From Auanema rhodensis (Eukaryota > Animalia > Nematoda): 64,000 bases of DNA. The notes below the pieces were generated by a model that did no database searches, was not told the DNA's origin, and saw only the letters and a program-made list of their open reading frames with translations. The DNA is taken from positions 21,824,001-21,888,000 of the forward strand of contig OZ059894.1 in assembly GCA_964057225.1 (NCBI GenBank). The letters are read 5' to 3'. The position numbers and the translations under genes were made by a program. Of this stretch, positions 9,829 to 24,000 are shown one piece after another. How positions within the stretch are numbered: the stretch's first letter is position 1; each line of letters starts with the position of its first letter.

Positions 9829-12800
9829 AGATATCAACTGATATAAGTTCACACTTATATCCTCGATTTTCACCCTGAAGAATTAATTTTTTCGTTGAAT
9901 AACATTGTCCATCGTCTTTGCCTTGAAAAAAGGAATCTAAAAACATCTACTTTTTGCTAAATTATTCTGAAATTTTTCGAAAAAATTTTTGTCAAAATGT
10001 TTTTGGAAGCAATGTTGAGTGTACATGGAAACTCAACATACACTAATGCATCATTTTTCAAACGATCATAACTAATTTTTGTATTAAGCGTTTCTCAATG
10101 TAGTATAGTGCATTCGATGCGGATTTTTAAGCTGCGTCGATCTGTGTTATCAGATTTGCGCTAGCTTAAAAATGCACCGAGATATCAACTGATACAAGTT
10201 CACACTTATATCCTCGATTTTCACCCTTAAGAATTAATTTTTTCGTTGAATAACATTGTCTATCGTCTTTGCCTTGAAAAATGGAATCTAAAAACATCTA
10301 CTTTTTGCTAAATTATTTTGAAATTTTTCGAAAAAATTTTTGTCAAAATGTTTTTGGAAGCAATGTTGAGTGTACATGGAAACTCAACATACACTAATGC
10401 ATCATTTTTCAAACGATCATAACTAATTTTTGTATTAAGCGTTTCTCAGTGTAGTATAGTGCATTCGATGCGGATTTTTAAGCTGCGTCGATCTGTGTTA
10501 TCAGATTTGCGCTAGCTTAAAAATGCACCGAGATATCAACTGATATAAGTTCACACTTATATCCTCGATTTTCACCCTGAAGAATTATTTTTTTCGTTGA
10601 ATAACATTGTCCATCGTCCTTGCCTTGAAAAATGGAATCTAAAAACATCTACTTTTTGCTAAATTATTTTGAAATTTTTCGAAAAAATTTTTGTCAAAAT
10701 GTTTTTGGAAGCAATGTTGAGTGTACATGGAAACTCAACATACACTAATGCATCATTTTTCAAACGATCATAACTAATTTTTGTATTAAGCGTTTCTCAA
10801 TGTAGTATAGTGCATTCGATGCGGATTTTTAAGCTGCGTCGATCTGTGTTATCAGATTTGCGCTAGCTTAAAAATGCACCGAGATATCAACTGATACAAG
10901 TTCACACTTATATCCTCGATTTTCACCCTGAAGAATTAATTTTTTCGTTGAATAACGTTGTCTATCGTCTTTGCCTTGAAAAATGAAATCTAAAAACATC
11001 TACTTTTTGCTAAATTATTTTGAAATTTTTCGAAAAAATTTTTGTCAAAATGTTTTTGGAAGCAATGTTGAGTGTACATGGAAACTCAACATACACTAAT
11101 GCATCATTTTTCAAACGATCATAACTAATTTTTGTATTAAGCGTTTCTCAATGTAGTATAGTGCATTCGATGCGGATTTTTAAGCTGCGTCGATCTGTGT
11201 TATCAGATTTGCGCTAGCTTAAAAATGCACCGAGATATCAACTGATACAAGTTCACACTTATATCCTCGATTTTCACCCTGAAGAATTAATTTTTTCGTT
11301 GAATAACATTGTCTATCGTCTTTGCCTTGAAAAATGGAATCTAAAAACATCTACTTTTTGCTAAATTATTTTGAAATTTTTCGAAAAAATTTTTGTCAAA
11401 ATGTTTTTGGAAGCAATGTTGAGTGTACATGGAAACTCAACATACACTAATGCATCATTTTTCAAACGATCATAACTAATTTTTGTATTAAGCGTTTCTC
11501 AATGTAGTATAGTGCATTCGATGCGGATTTTTAAGCTGCGTCGATCTGTGTTATCAGATTTGCGCTAGCTTAAAAATGCACCGAGATATCAACTGATATA
11601 AGTTCACACTTATATCCTCGATTTTCACCCTGAAGAATTATTTTTTTCGTTGAATAACATTGTCCATCGTCCTTGCCTTGAAAAATGGAATCTAAAAACA
11701 TCTACTTTTTGCTAAATTATTTTGAAATTTTTCGAAAAAATTTTTGTCAAAATGTTTTTGGAAGCAATGTTGAGTGTACATGGAAACTCAACATACACTA
11801 ATGCATCATTTTTCAAACGATCATAACTAATTTTTGTATTAAGCGTTTCTCAATGTAGTATAGTGCATTCGATGCGGATTTTTAAGCTGCGTCGATCTGT
11901 GTTATCAGATTTGCGCTAGCTTAAAAATGCACCGAGATATCAACTGATACAAGTTCACACTTATATCCTCGATTTTCACCCTGAAGAATTAATTTTTTCG
12001 TTGAATAACGTTGTCTATCGTCTTTGCCTTGAAAAATGAAATCTAAAAACGTCTACTTTTTGCTAAATTATTTTGAAATGTTTCGAAAAAATTTTTGTCA
12101 AAATGTTTTTGGAAGCAATGTTGAGTGTACATGGAAACTCAACATACACTAATGCATCATTTTTCAAACGATCATAACTAATTTTTGTATTAAGCGTTTC
12201 TCAATGTAGTATAGTGCATTCGATGCGGATTTTTAAGCTGCGTCGATCTGTGTTATCAGATTTGCGCTAGCTTAAAAATGCACCGAGATATCAACTGATA
12301 CAAGTTCACACTTATATCCTCGATTTTCACCCTGAAGAATTAATTTTTTCGTTGAATAACATTGTCTATCGTCTTTGCCTTGAAAAATGGAATCTAAAAA
12401 CATCTACTTTTTGCTAAATTATTTTGAAATTTTTCGAAAAAATTTTTGTCAAAATGTTTTTGGAAGCAATGTTGAGTGTACATGGAAACTCAACATACAC
12501 TAATGCATCATTTTTCAAACGATCATAACTAATTTTTGTATTAAGCGTTTCTCAATGTAGTATAGTGCATTCGATGCGGATTTTTAAGCTGCGTCGATCT
12601 GTGTTATCAGATTTGCGCTAGCTTAAAAATGCACCGAGATATCAACTGATATAAGTTCACACTTATATCCTCGATTTTCACCCTGAAGAATTATTTTTTT
12701 CGTTGAATAACATTGTCCATCGTCCTTGCCTTGAAAAATGAAATCTAAAAACATCTACTTTTTGCTAAATTATTTTGAAATTTTTCGAAAAAATTTTTGT

Positions 12801-15800
12801 CAAAATGTTTTTGGAAGCAATGTTGAGTGTACATGGAAACTCAACATACACTAATGCATCATTTTTCAAACGATCATAACTAATTTTTGTATCAAGCGTT
12901 TCTCAATGTAGTATAGTGCATTCGATGCGGATTTTTAAGCTGCGTCGATCTGTGTTATCAGATTTGCGCTAGCTTAAAAATGCACCGAGATATCAACTGA
13001 TATAAGTTCACACTTATATCCTCGATTTTCACCCTGAAGAATTAATTTTTTCGTTGAATAACATTGTTCATCGTCTTTGCCTTGAAAAAAGGAATCTAAA
13101 AACATCTACTTTTTGCTAAATTATTCTGATATTTTTTGAAAAAATTTTCGTCAAAATGTTTTTGGAAGCAATGTTGAGTGTACATGGAAACTCAACATAC
13201 ACTAATGCATCATTTTTCAAACGATCATAACTAATTTTTGTATTAAGCGTTTCTCAATGTAGTATAGTGCATTCGATGCGGATTTTTAAGCTGCGTCGAT
13301 CTGTGTTATCAGATTTGCGCTAGCTTAAAAATGCACCGAGATATCAACTGATACAAGTTCACACTTATATCCTCGATTTTCACCCTGAAGAATTAATTTT
13401 TTCGTTGAATAACGTTGTCTATCGTCTTTGCCTTGAAAAATGGAATCTAAAAACATCTACTTTTTGCTAAATTATTTTGAAATTTTTCGAAAAAATTTTT
13501 GTCAAAATGTTTTTAGAAGCAATGTTGAGTGTACATGGAAACTCAACATACACTAATGCATCATTTTTCAAACGATCATAACTAATTTTTGTATTAAGCG
13601 TTTCTCGATGTAGTATAGTGCATTCGATGCGGATTTTTAAGCTGCGTCGATCTGTGTTATCAGATTTGCGCTAGCTTAAAAATGCACCGAGATATCAACT
13701 GATACAAGTTCACACTTATATCCTCGATTTTCACCCTGAAGAATTAATTTTTTCGTTGAATAACATTGTCTATCGTCTTTGCCTTGAAAAATGGAATCTA
13801 AAAACATCTACTTTTTGCTAAATTATTTTGAAATTTTTCGAAAAAATTTTTGTCAAAATGTTTTTGGAAGCAATGTTGAGTGTACATGGAAACTCAACAT
13901 ACACTAATGCATCATTTTTCAAACGATCATAACTAATTTTTGTATTAAGCGTTTCTCAATGTAGTATAGTGCATTCGATGCGGATTTTTAAGCTGCGTCG
14001 ATCTGTGTTATCAGATTTGCGCTAGCTTAAAAATGCACCGAGATATCAACTGATATAAGTTCACACTTATATCCTCGATTTTCACCCTGAAGAATTATTT
14101 TTTTCGTTGAATAACATTGTCCATCGTCCTTGCCTTGAAAAATGGAATCTAAAAACATCTACTTTTTGCTAAATTATTTTGAAATTTTTCGAAAAAATTT
14201 TTGTCAAAATGTTTTTGGAAGCAATGTTGAGTGTACATGGAAACTCAACATACACTAATGCATCATTTTTCAAACGATCATAACTAATTTTTGTATCAAG
14301 CGTTTCTCAATGTAGTATAGTGCATTCGATGCGGATTTTTAAGCTGCGTCGATCTGTGTTATCAGATTTGCGCTAGCTTAAAAATGCACCGAGATATCAA
14401 CTGATATAAGTTCACACTTATATCCTCGATTTTCACCCTGAAGAATTAATTTTTTCGTTGAATAACATTGTCCATCGTCTTTGCCTTGAAAAAAGGAATC
14501 TAAAAACATCTACTTTTTGCTAAATTATTCTGAAATTTTTCGAAAAAATTTTTGTCAAAATGTTTTTGGAAGCAATGTTGAGTGTACATGGAAACTCAAC
14601 ATACACTAATGCATCATTTTTCAAACGATCATAACTAATTTTTGTATTAAGCGTTTCTCAATGTAGTATAGTGCATTCGATGCGGATTTTTAAGCTGCGT
14701 CGATCTGTGTTATCAGATTTGCGCTAGCTTAAAAATGCACCGAGATATCAACTGATACAAGTTCACACTTATATCCTCGATTTTCACCCTGAAGAATTAA
14801 TTTTTTCGTTGAATAACATTGTCTATCGTCTTTGCCTTGAAAAATGGAATCTAAAAACATCTACTTTTTGCTAAATTATTTTGAAATTTTTCGAAAAAAT
14901 TTTTGTCAAAATGTTTTTGGAAGCAATGTTGAGTGTACATGGAAACTCAACATACACTAATGCATCATTTTTCAAACGATCATAACTAATTTTTGTATTA
15001 AGCGTTTCTCAATGTAGTATAGTGCATTCGATGCGGATTTTTAAGCTGCGTCGATCTGTGTTATCAGATTTGCGCTAGCTTAAAAATGCACCGAGATATC
15101 AACTGATATAAGTTCACACTTATATCCTCGATTTTCACCCTGAAGAATTATTTTTTTCGTTGAATAACATTGTCCATCGTCCTTGCCTTGAAAAATGGAA
15201 TCTAAAAACATCTACTTTTTGCTAAATTATTTTGAAATTTTTCGAAAAAATTTTTGTCAAAATGTTTTTGGAAGCAATGTTGAGTGTACATGGAAACTCA
15301 ACATACACTAATGCATCATTTTTCAAACGATCATAACTAATTCTTGTATGAAGCGTTTCTCAATGTAGTATAGTGCATTCGATGCGGATTTTTAAGCTGC
15401 GTCGATCTGTGTTATCAGATTTGCGCTAGCTTAAAAATGCACCGAGATATCAACTGATACAAGTTCACACTTATATCCTCGATTTTCACCCTGAAGAATT
15501 AATTTTTTCGTTGAATAACGTTGTCTATCGTCTTTGCCTTGAAAAATGAAATCTAAAAACATCTACTTTTTGCTAAATTATTTTGAAATTTTTCGAAAAA
15601 ATTTTTGTCAAAATGTTTTTGGAAGCAATGTTGAGTGTACATGGAAACTCAACATACACTAATGCATCATTTTTCAAACGATCATAACTAATTTTTGTAT
15701 TAAGCGTTTCTCAATGTAGTATAGTGCATTCGATGCGGATTTTTAAGCTGCGTCGATCTGTGTTATCAGATTTGCGCTAGCTTAAAAATGCACCGAGATA

Positions 15801-18800
15801 TCAACTGATATAAGTTCACACATATATCCTCGATTTTCACCCTGAAGAATTATTTTTTTCGTTGAATAACATTGTCCATCGTCCTTGCCTTGAAAAATGG
15901 AATCTAAAAACATCTACTTTTTGCTAAATTATTTTGAAATTTTTCGAAAAAATTTTTGTCAAAATGTTTTTGGAAGCAATGTTGAGTGTACATGGAAACT
16001 CAACATACACTAATGCATCATTTTTCAAACGATCATAACTAATTTTTGTATTAAGCGTTTCTCAATGTAGTATAGTGCATTCGATGCGGATTTTCAAGCT
16101 GCGTCGATCTGTGTTATCAGATTTGCGCTAGCTTAAAAATGCACCGAGATATCAACTGATACCAGTTCACACTTATATCCTCGATTTTCACCCTGAAGAA
16201 TTAATTTTTTCGTTGAATAACGTTGTCTATCGTCTTTGCCTTGAAAAATGAAATCTAAAAACATCTACTTTTTGCTAAATTATTTTGAAATTTTTCGAAA
16301 AAATTTTTGTCAAAATGTTTTTGGAAGCAATGTTGAGTGTACATGGAAACTCAACATACACTAATGCATCATTTTTCAAACGATCATAACTAATTTTTGT
16401 ATTAAGCGTTTCTCAATGTAGTATAGTGCATTCGATGCGGATTTTTAAGCTGCGTCGATCTGTGTAATCAGATTTGCGCTAGCTTAAAAATGCACCGAGA
16501 TATCAACTGATACAAGTTCACACTTATATCCTCGATTTTCACCCTGAAGAATTAATTTTTTCGTTGAATAACATTGTCTATCGTCTTTGCCTTGAAAAAT
16601 GGAATCTAAAAACATCTACTTTTTGCTAAATTATTTTGAAATTTTTCGAAAAAATTTTTGTCAAAATGTTTTTGGAAGCAATGTTGAGTGTACATGGAAA
16701 CTCAACATACACTAATGCATCATTTTTCAAACGATCATAACTAATTTTTGTATTAAGCGTTTCTCAATGTAGTATAGTGCATTCGATGCGGATTTTTAAG
16801 CTGCGTCGATCTGTGTTATCAGATTTGCGCTAGCTTAAAAATGCACCGAGATATCAACTGATATAAGTTCACACTTATATCCTCGATTTTCACCCTGAAG
16901 AATTAATTTTTTCGTTGAATAACATTGTCCATCGTCTTTGTCTTGAAAAAAGGAATCTAAAAACATCTACTTTTTGCTAAATTATTCTGAAATTTTTCGA
17001 AAAAATTTTTGTCAAAAGTTTTTGGAAGCAATGTTGAGTGTACATGGAAACTCAACATACACTAATGCATCATTTTTCAAACGATCATAACTAATTTTTG
17101 TATCAAGCGTTTCTCAATGTAGTATAGTGCATTCGATGCGGATTTTTAAGCTGCGTCGATCTGTGTTATCAGATTTGCGCTAGCTTAAAAATGCACCGAG
17201 ATATCAACTGATATAAGTTCACACTTATATCCTCGATTTTCACCCTGAAGAATTAATTTTTTCGTTGAATAACATTGTCCATCGTCTTTGCCTTGAAAAA
17301 AGGAATCTAAAAACATCTACTTTTTGCTAAATTATTCTGAAATTTTTCGAAAAAATTTTTGTCAAAATGTTTTTGGAAGCAATGTTGAGTGTACATGGAA
17401 ACTCAACATACACTAATGCATCATTTTTCAAACGATCATAACTAATTTTTGTATTAAGCGTTTCTCAATGTAGTATAGTGCATTCGATGCGGATTTTTAA
17501 GCTGCGTCGATCTGTGTTATCAGATTTGCGCTAACTTAAAAATGCACCGAGATATCAACTGATACAAGTTCACACTTATATCCTCGATTTTCACCCTGAA
17601 GAATTAATTTTTTCGTTGAATAACATTGTCTATCGTCTTTGCCTTGAAAAATGGAATCTAAAAACATCTACTTTTTGCTAAATTATTCTGAAATTTTTCG
17701 AAAAAATTTTTGTCAAAATGTTTTTGGAAGCAATGTTGAGTGTACATGGAAACTCAACATACACTAATGCATCATTTTTCAAACGATCATAACTAATTTT
17801 TGTATTAAGCGTTTCTCAATGTAGTATAGTGCATTCGATGCGGATTTTTAAGCTGCGTCGATCTGTGTTATCAGATTTGCGCTAGCTTAAAAATGCACCG
17901 AGATATCAACTGATATAAGTTCACACTTATATCCTCGATTTTCACCCTGAAGAATTATTTTTTTCGTTGAATAACGTTGTCTATCGTCTTTGCCTTGAAA
18001 AATGGAATCTAAAAACATCTACTTTTTGCTAAATTATTTTGAAATTTTTCGAAAAAATTTTTGTCAAAATGTTTTTGGAAGCAATGTTGAGTGTACATGG
18101 AAACTCAACATACACTAATGCATCATTTTTCAAACGATCATAACTAATTTTTGTATTAAGCGTTTCTCAATGTAGTATAGTGCATTCGATGCGGATTTTT
18201 AAGCTGCGTCGATCTGTGTTATCAGATTTGCGCTAGCTTAAAAATGCACCGAGATATCAACTGATACAAGTTCACACTTATATCCTCGATTTTCACCCTG
18301 AAGAATTAATTTTTTCGTTGAATAACGTTGTCTATCGTCTTTGCCTTGAAAAATGGAATCTAAAAACATCTACTTTTTGCTAAATTATTTTGAAATTTTT
18401 CGAAAAAATTTTTGTCAAAATGTTTTTGGAAGCAATGTTGAGTGTACATGGAAACTCAACATACACTAATGCATCATTTTTCAAACGATCATAACTAATT
18501 TTTGTATTAAGCGTTTCTCAATGTAGTATAGTGCATTCGATGCGGATTTTTAAGCTGCGTCGATCTGTGTTATCAGATTTGCGCTAGCTTAAAAATGCAC
18601 CGAGATATCAACTGATACAAGTTCACACTTATATCCTCGATTTTCACCCTGAAGAATTATTTTTTTCGTTGAATAACATTGTCCATCGTCCTTGCCTTGA
18701 AAAATGGAATCTAAAAACATCTACTTTTTGCTAAATTATTTTGAAATTTTTCGAAAAAATTTTTGTCAAAATGTTTTTGGAAGCAATGTTGAGTGTACAT

Positions 18801-21057
18801 GGAAACTCAACATACACTAATGCATCATTTTTCAAACGATCATAACTAATTTTTGTATCAAGCGTTTCTCAATGTAGTATAGTGCATTCGATGCGGATTT
18901 TTAAGCTGCGTCGATCTGTGTTATCAGATTTGCGCTAGCTTAAAAATGCACCGAGATATCAACTGATATAAGTTCACACTTATATCCTCGATTTTCACCC
19001 TGAAGAATTAATTTTTTCGTTGAATAACATTGTCCATCGTCTTTGCCTTGAAAAAAGGAATCTAAAAACATCTACTTTTTGCTAAATTATTCTGAAATTT
19101 TTCGAAAAAATTTTTGTCAAAATGTTTTTGGAAGCAATGTTGAGTGTACATGGAAACTCAACATACACTAATGCATCATTTTTCAAACGATCATAACTAA
19201 TTTTTGTATTAAGCGTTTCTCAATGTAGTATAGTGCATTCGATGCGGATTTTTAAGCTGCGTCGATCTGTGTTATCAGATTTGCGCTAACTTAAAAATGC
19301 ACCGAGATATCAACTGATACAAGTTCACACTTATATCCTCGATTTTCACCCTGAAGAATTAATTTTTTCGTTGAATAACATTGTCTATCGTCTTTGCCTT
19401 GAAAAATGGAATCTAAAAACATCTACTTTTTGCTAAATTATTTGAAATTTTTCGAAAAAATTTTTGTCAAAATGTTTTTGGAAGCAATGTTGAGTGTACA
19501 TGGAAACTCAACATACACTAATGCATCATTTTTCAAACGATCATAACTAATTTTTGTATTAAGCGTTTCTCAATGTAGTATAGTGCATTCGATGCGGATT
19601 TTTAAGCTGCGTCGATCTGTGTTATCAGATTTGCGCTAGCTTAAAAATGCACCGAGATATCAACTGATATAAGTTCACACTTATATCCTCGATTTTCACC
19701 CTGAAGAATTATTTTTTTCGTTGAATAACGTTGTCTATCGTCTTTGCCTTGAAAAATGGAATCTAAAAACATCTACTTTTTGCTAAATTATTTTGAAATT
19801 TTTCGAAAAAATTTTTGTCAAAATGTTTTTGGAAGCAATGTTGAGTGTACATGGAAACTCAACATACACTAATGCATCATTTTTCAAACGATCATAACTA
19901 ATTTTTGTATTAAGCGTTTCTCCATGTAGTATAGTGCATTCGATGCGGATTTTTAAGCTGCGTCGATCTGTGTTATCAGATTTGCGCTAGCTTAAAAATG
20001 CACCGAGATATCAACTGATACAAGTTCACACTTATATCCTCGATTTTCACCCTGAAGAATTAATTTTTTCGTTGAATAACGTTGTCTATCGTCTTTGCCT
20101 TGAAAAATGGAATCTAAAAACATCTACTTTTTGCTAAATTATTTTGAAATTTTTCGAAAAAATTTTTGTCAAAATGTTTTTGGAAGCAATGTTGAGTGTA
20201 CATGGAAACTCAACATACACTAATGCATCATTTTTCAAACGATCATAACTAATTTTTGTATTAAGCGTTTCTCAATGTAGTATAGTGCATTCGATGCGGA
20301 TTTTTAAGCTGCGTCGATCTGTGTTATCAGATTTGCGCTAACTGAAAAATGCACCGAGATATCAACTGATACAAGTTCACACTTATATCCTCGATTTTCA
20401 CCCTGAAGAATTAATTTTTTCGTTGAATAACATTGTCTATCGTCTTTGCCTTGAAAAATGGAATCTAAAAACATCTACTTTTTGCTAAATTATTTGAAAT
20501 TTTTCGAAAAAATTTTTGTCAAAATGTTTTTGGAAGCAATGTTGAGTGTACATGGAAACTCAACATACACTAATGCATCATTTTTCAAACGATCATAACT
20601 AATTTTTGTATTAAGCGTTTCTCAATGTAGTATAGTGCATTCGATGCGGATTTTTAAGCTGCGTCGATCTGTGTTATCAGATTTGCGCTAGCTTAAAAAT
20701 GCACCGAGATATCAACTGATATAAGTTCACACTTATATCCTCGATTTTCACCCTGAAGAATTATTTTTTTCGTTGAATAACGTTGTCTATCGTCTTTGCC
20801 TTGAAAAATGGAATCTAAAAACATCTACTTTTTGCTAAATTATTTTGAAATTTTTCGAAAAAATTTTTGTCAAAATGTTTTTGGAAGCAATGTTGAGTGT
20901 ACATGGAAACTCAACATACACTAATGCATCATTTTTCAAACGATCATAACTAATTTTTGTATTAAGCGTTTCTCAATGTAGTATAGTGCATTCGATGCGG
21001 ATTTTTAAGCTGCGTCGATCTGTGTTATCAGATTTGCGCTAGCTTAAAAATGCACCG

Positions 21058-24000
21058 AGATATCAACTGATACAAGTTCACACTTATATCCTCGATTTTC
21101 ACCCTGAAGAATTAATTTTTTCGTTGAATAACGTTGTCTATCGTCTTTGCCTTGAAAAATGGAATCTAAAAACATCTACTTTTTGCTAAATTATTTTGAA
21201 ATTTTTCGAAAAAATTTTTGTCAAAATGTTTTTGGAAGCAATGTTGAGTGTACATGGAAACTCAACATACACTAATGCATCATTTTTCAAACGATCATAA
21301 CTAATTTTTGTATTAAGCGTTTCTCAATGTAGTATAGTGCATTCGATGCGGATTTTTAAGCTGCGTCGATCTGTGTTATCAGATTTGCGCTAGCTTAAAA
21401 ATGCACCGAGATATCAACTGATACAAGTTCACACTTATATCCTCGATTTTCACCCTGAAGAATTAATTTTTTCGTTGAATAACATTGTCTATCGTCTTTG
21501 CCTTGAAAAATGGAATCTAAAAACATCTACTTTTTGCTAAATTATTTTGAAATTTTTCGAAAAAATTTTTGTCAAAATGTTTTTGGAAGCAATGTTGAGT
21601 GTACATGGAAACTCAACATACACTAATGCATCATTTTTCAAACGATCATAACTAATTTTTGTATTAAGCGTTTCTCAATGTAGTATAGTGCATTCGATGC
21701 GGATTTTTAAGCTGCGTCGATCTGTGTTATCAGATTTGCGCTAGCTTAAAAATGCACCGAGATATCAACTGATACAAGTTCACACTTATATCCTCGATTT
21801 TCACCCTGAAGAATTAATTTTTTCGTTGAATAACATTGTCTATCGTCTTTGCCTTGAAAAATGGAATCTAAAAACATCTACTTTTTGCTAAATTATTTTG
21901 AAATTTTTCGAAAAAATTTTTGTCAAAATGTTTTTGGAAGCAATGTTGAGTGTACATGGAAACTCAACATACACTAATGCATCATTTTTCAAACGATCAT
22001 AACTAATTTTTGTATTAAGCGTTTCTCAATGTAGTATAGTGCATTCGATGCGGATTTTTAAGCTGCGTCGATCTGTGTTATCAGATTTGCGCTAGCTTAA
22101 AAATGCACCGAGATATCAACTGATACAAGTTCACACTTATATCCTCGATTTTCACCCTGAAGAATTAATTTTTTCGTTGAATAACATTGTCTATCGTCTT
22201 TGCCTTGAAAAATGGAATCTAAAAACATCTACTTTTTGCTAAATTATTTTGAAATTTTTCGAAAAAATTTTTGTCAAAATGTTTTTGGAAGCAATGTTGA
22301 GTGTACATGGAAACTCAACATACACTAATGCATCATTTTTCAAACGATCATAACTAATTTTTGTATTAAGCGTTTCTCAATGTAGTATAGTGCATTCGAT
22401 GCGGATTTTTAAGCTGCGTCGATCTGTGTTATCAGATTTGCGCTAGCTTAAAAATGCACCGAGATATCAACTGATACAAGTTCACACTTATATCCTCGAT
22501 TTTCACCCTGAAGAATTAATTTTTTCGTTGAATAACATTGTCTATCGTCTTTGCCTTGAAAAATGGAATCTAAAAACATCTACTTTTTGCTAAATTATTT
22601 TGAAATTTTTCGAAAAAAGTTTTGTCAAAATGTTTTTGGAAGCAATGTTGAGTGTACATGGAAACTCAACATACACTAATGCATCATTTTTCAAACGATC
22701 ATAACTAATTTTTGTATCAAGCGTTTCTCAATGTAGTATAGTGCATTCGATGCGGATTTTTAAGCTGCGTCGATCTGTGTTATCAGATTCGCGCTAGCTT
22801 AAAAATGCACCGAGATATCAACTGATATAAGTTCACACTTATATCCTCGATTTTCACCCTGAAGAATTAATTTTTTCGTTGAATAACATTGTCCATCGTC
22901 TTTGCCTTGAAAAAAGGAATCTAAAAACATCTACTTTTTGCTAAATTATTCTGAAATTTTTCGAAAAAATTTTTGTCAAAATGTTTTTGGAAGCAATGTT
23001 GAGTGTACATGGAAACTCAACATACACTAATGCATCATTTTTCAAACGATCATAACTAATTTTTGTATTAAGCGTTTCTCAATGTAGTATAGTGCATTCG
23101 ATGCGGATTTTTAAGCTGCGTCGATCTGTGTTATCAGATTTGCGCTAGCTTAAAAATGCACCGAGATATCAACTGATATAAGTTCACACTTATATCCTCG
23201 ATTTTCACCCTGAAGAATTATTTTTTTCGTTGAATAACATTGTCCATCGTCCTTGCCTTGAAAAATGAAATCTAAAAACATCTACTTTTTGCTAAATTAT
23301 TTTGAAATTTTTCGAAAAAAGTTTTGTCAAAATGTTTTTGGAAGCAATGTTGAGTGTACATGGAAACTCAACATACACTAATGCATCATTTTTCAAACGA
23401 TCATAACTAATTTTTGTATCAAGCGTTTCTCAATGTAGTATAGTGCATTCGATGCGGATTTTTAAGCTGCGTCGATCTGTGTTATCAGATTTGCGCTAGC
23501 TTAAAAATGCACCGAGATATCAACTGATATAAGTTCACACTTATATCCTCGATTTTCACCCTGAAGAATTAATTTTTTCGTTGAATAACATTGTCCATCG
23601 TCTTTGCCTTGAAAAAAGGAATCTAAAAACATCTACTTTTTGCTAAATTATTCTGAAATTTTTCGAAAAAATTTTTGTCAAAATGTTTTTGGAAGCAATG
23701 TTGAGTGTACATGGAAACTCAACATACACTAATGCATCATTTTTCAAACGATCATAACTAATTTTTGTATTAAGCGTTTCTCAATGTAGTATAGTGCATT
23801 CGATGCGGATTTTTAAGCTGCGTCGATCTGTGTTATCAGATTTGCGCTAGCTTAAAAATGCACCGAGATATCAACTGATATAAGTTCACACTTATATCCT
23901 CGATTTTCACCCTGAAGAATTAATTTTTTCGTTGAATAACATTGTCCATCGTCTTTGCCTTGAAAAAAGGAATCTAAAAACATCTACTTTTTGCTAAATT

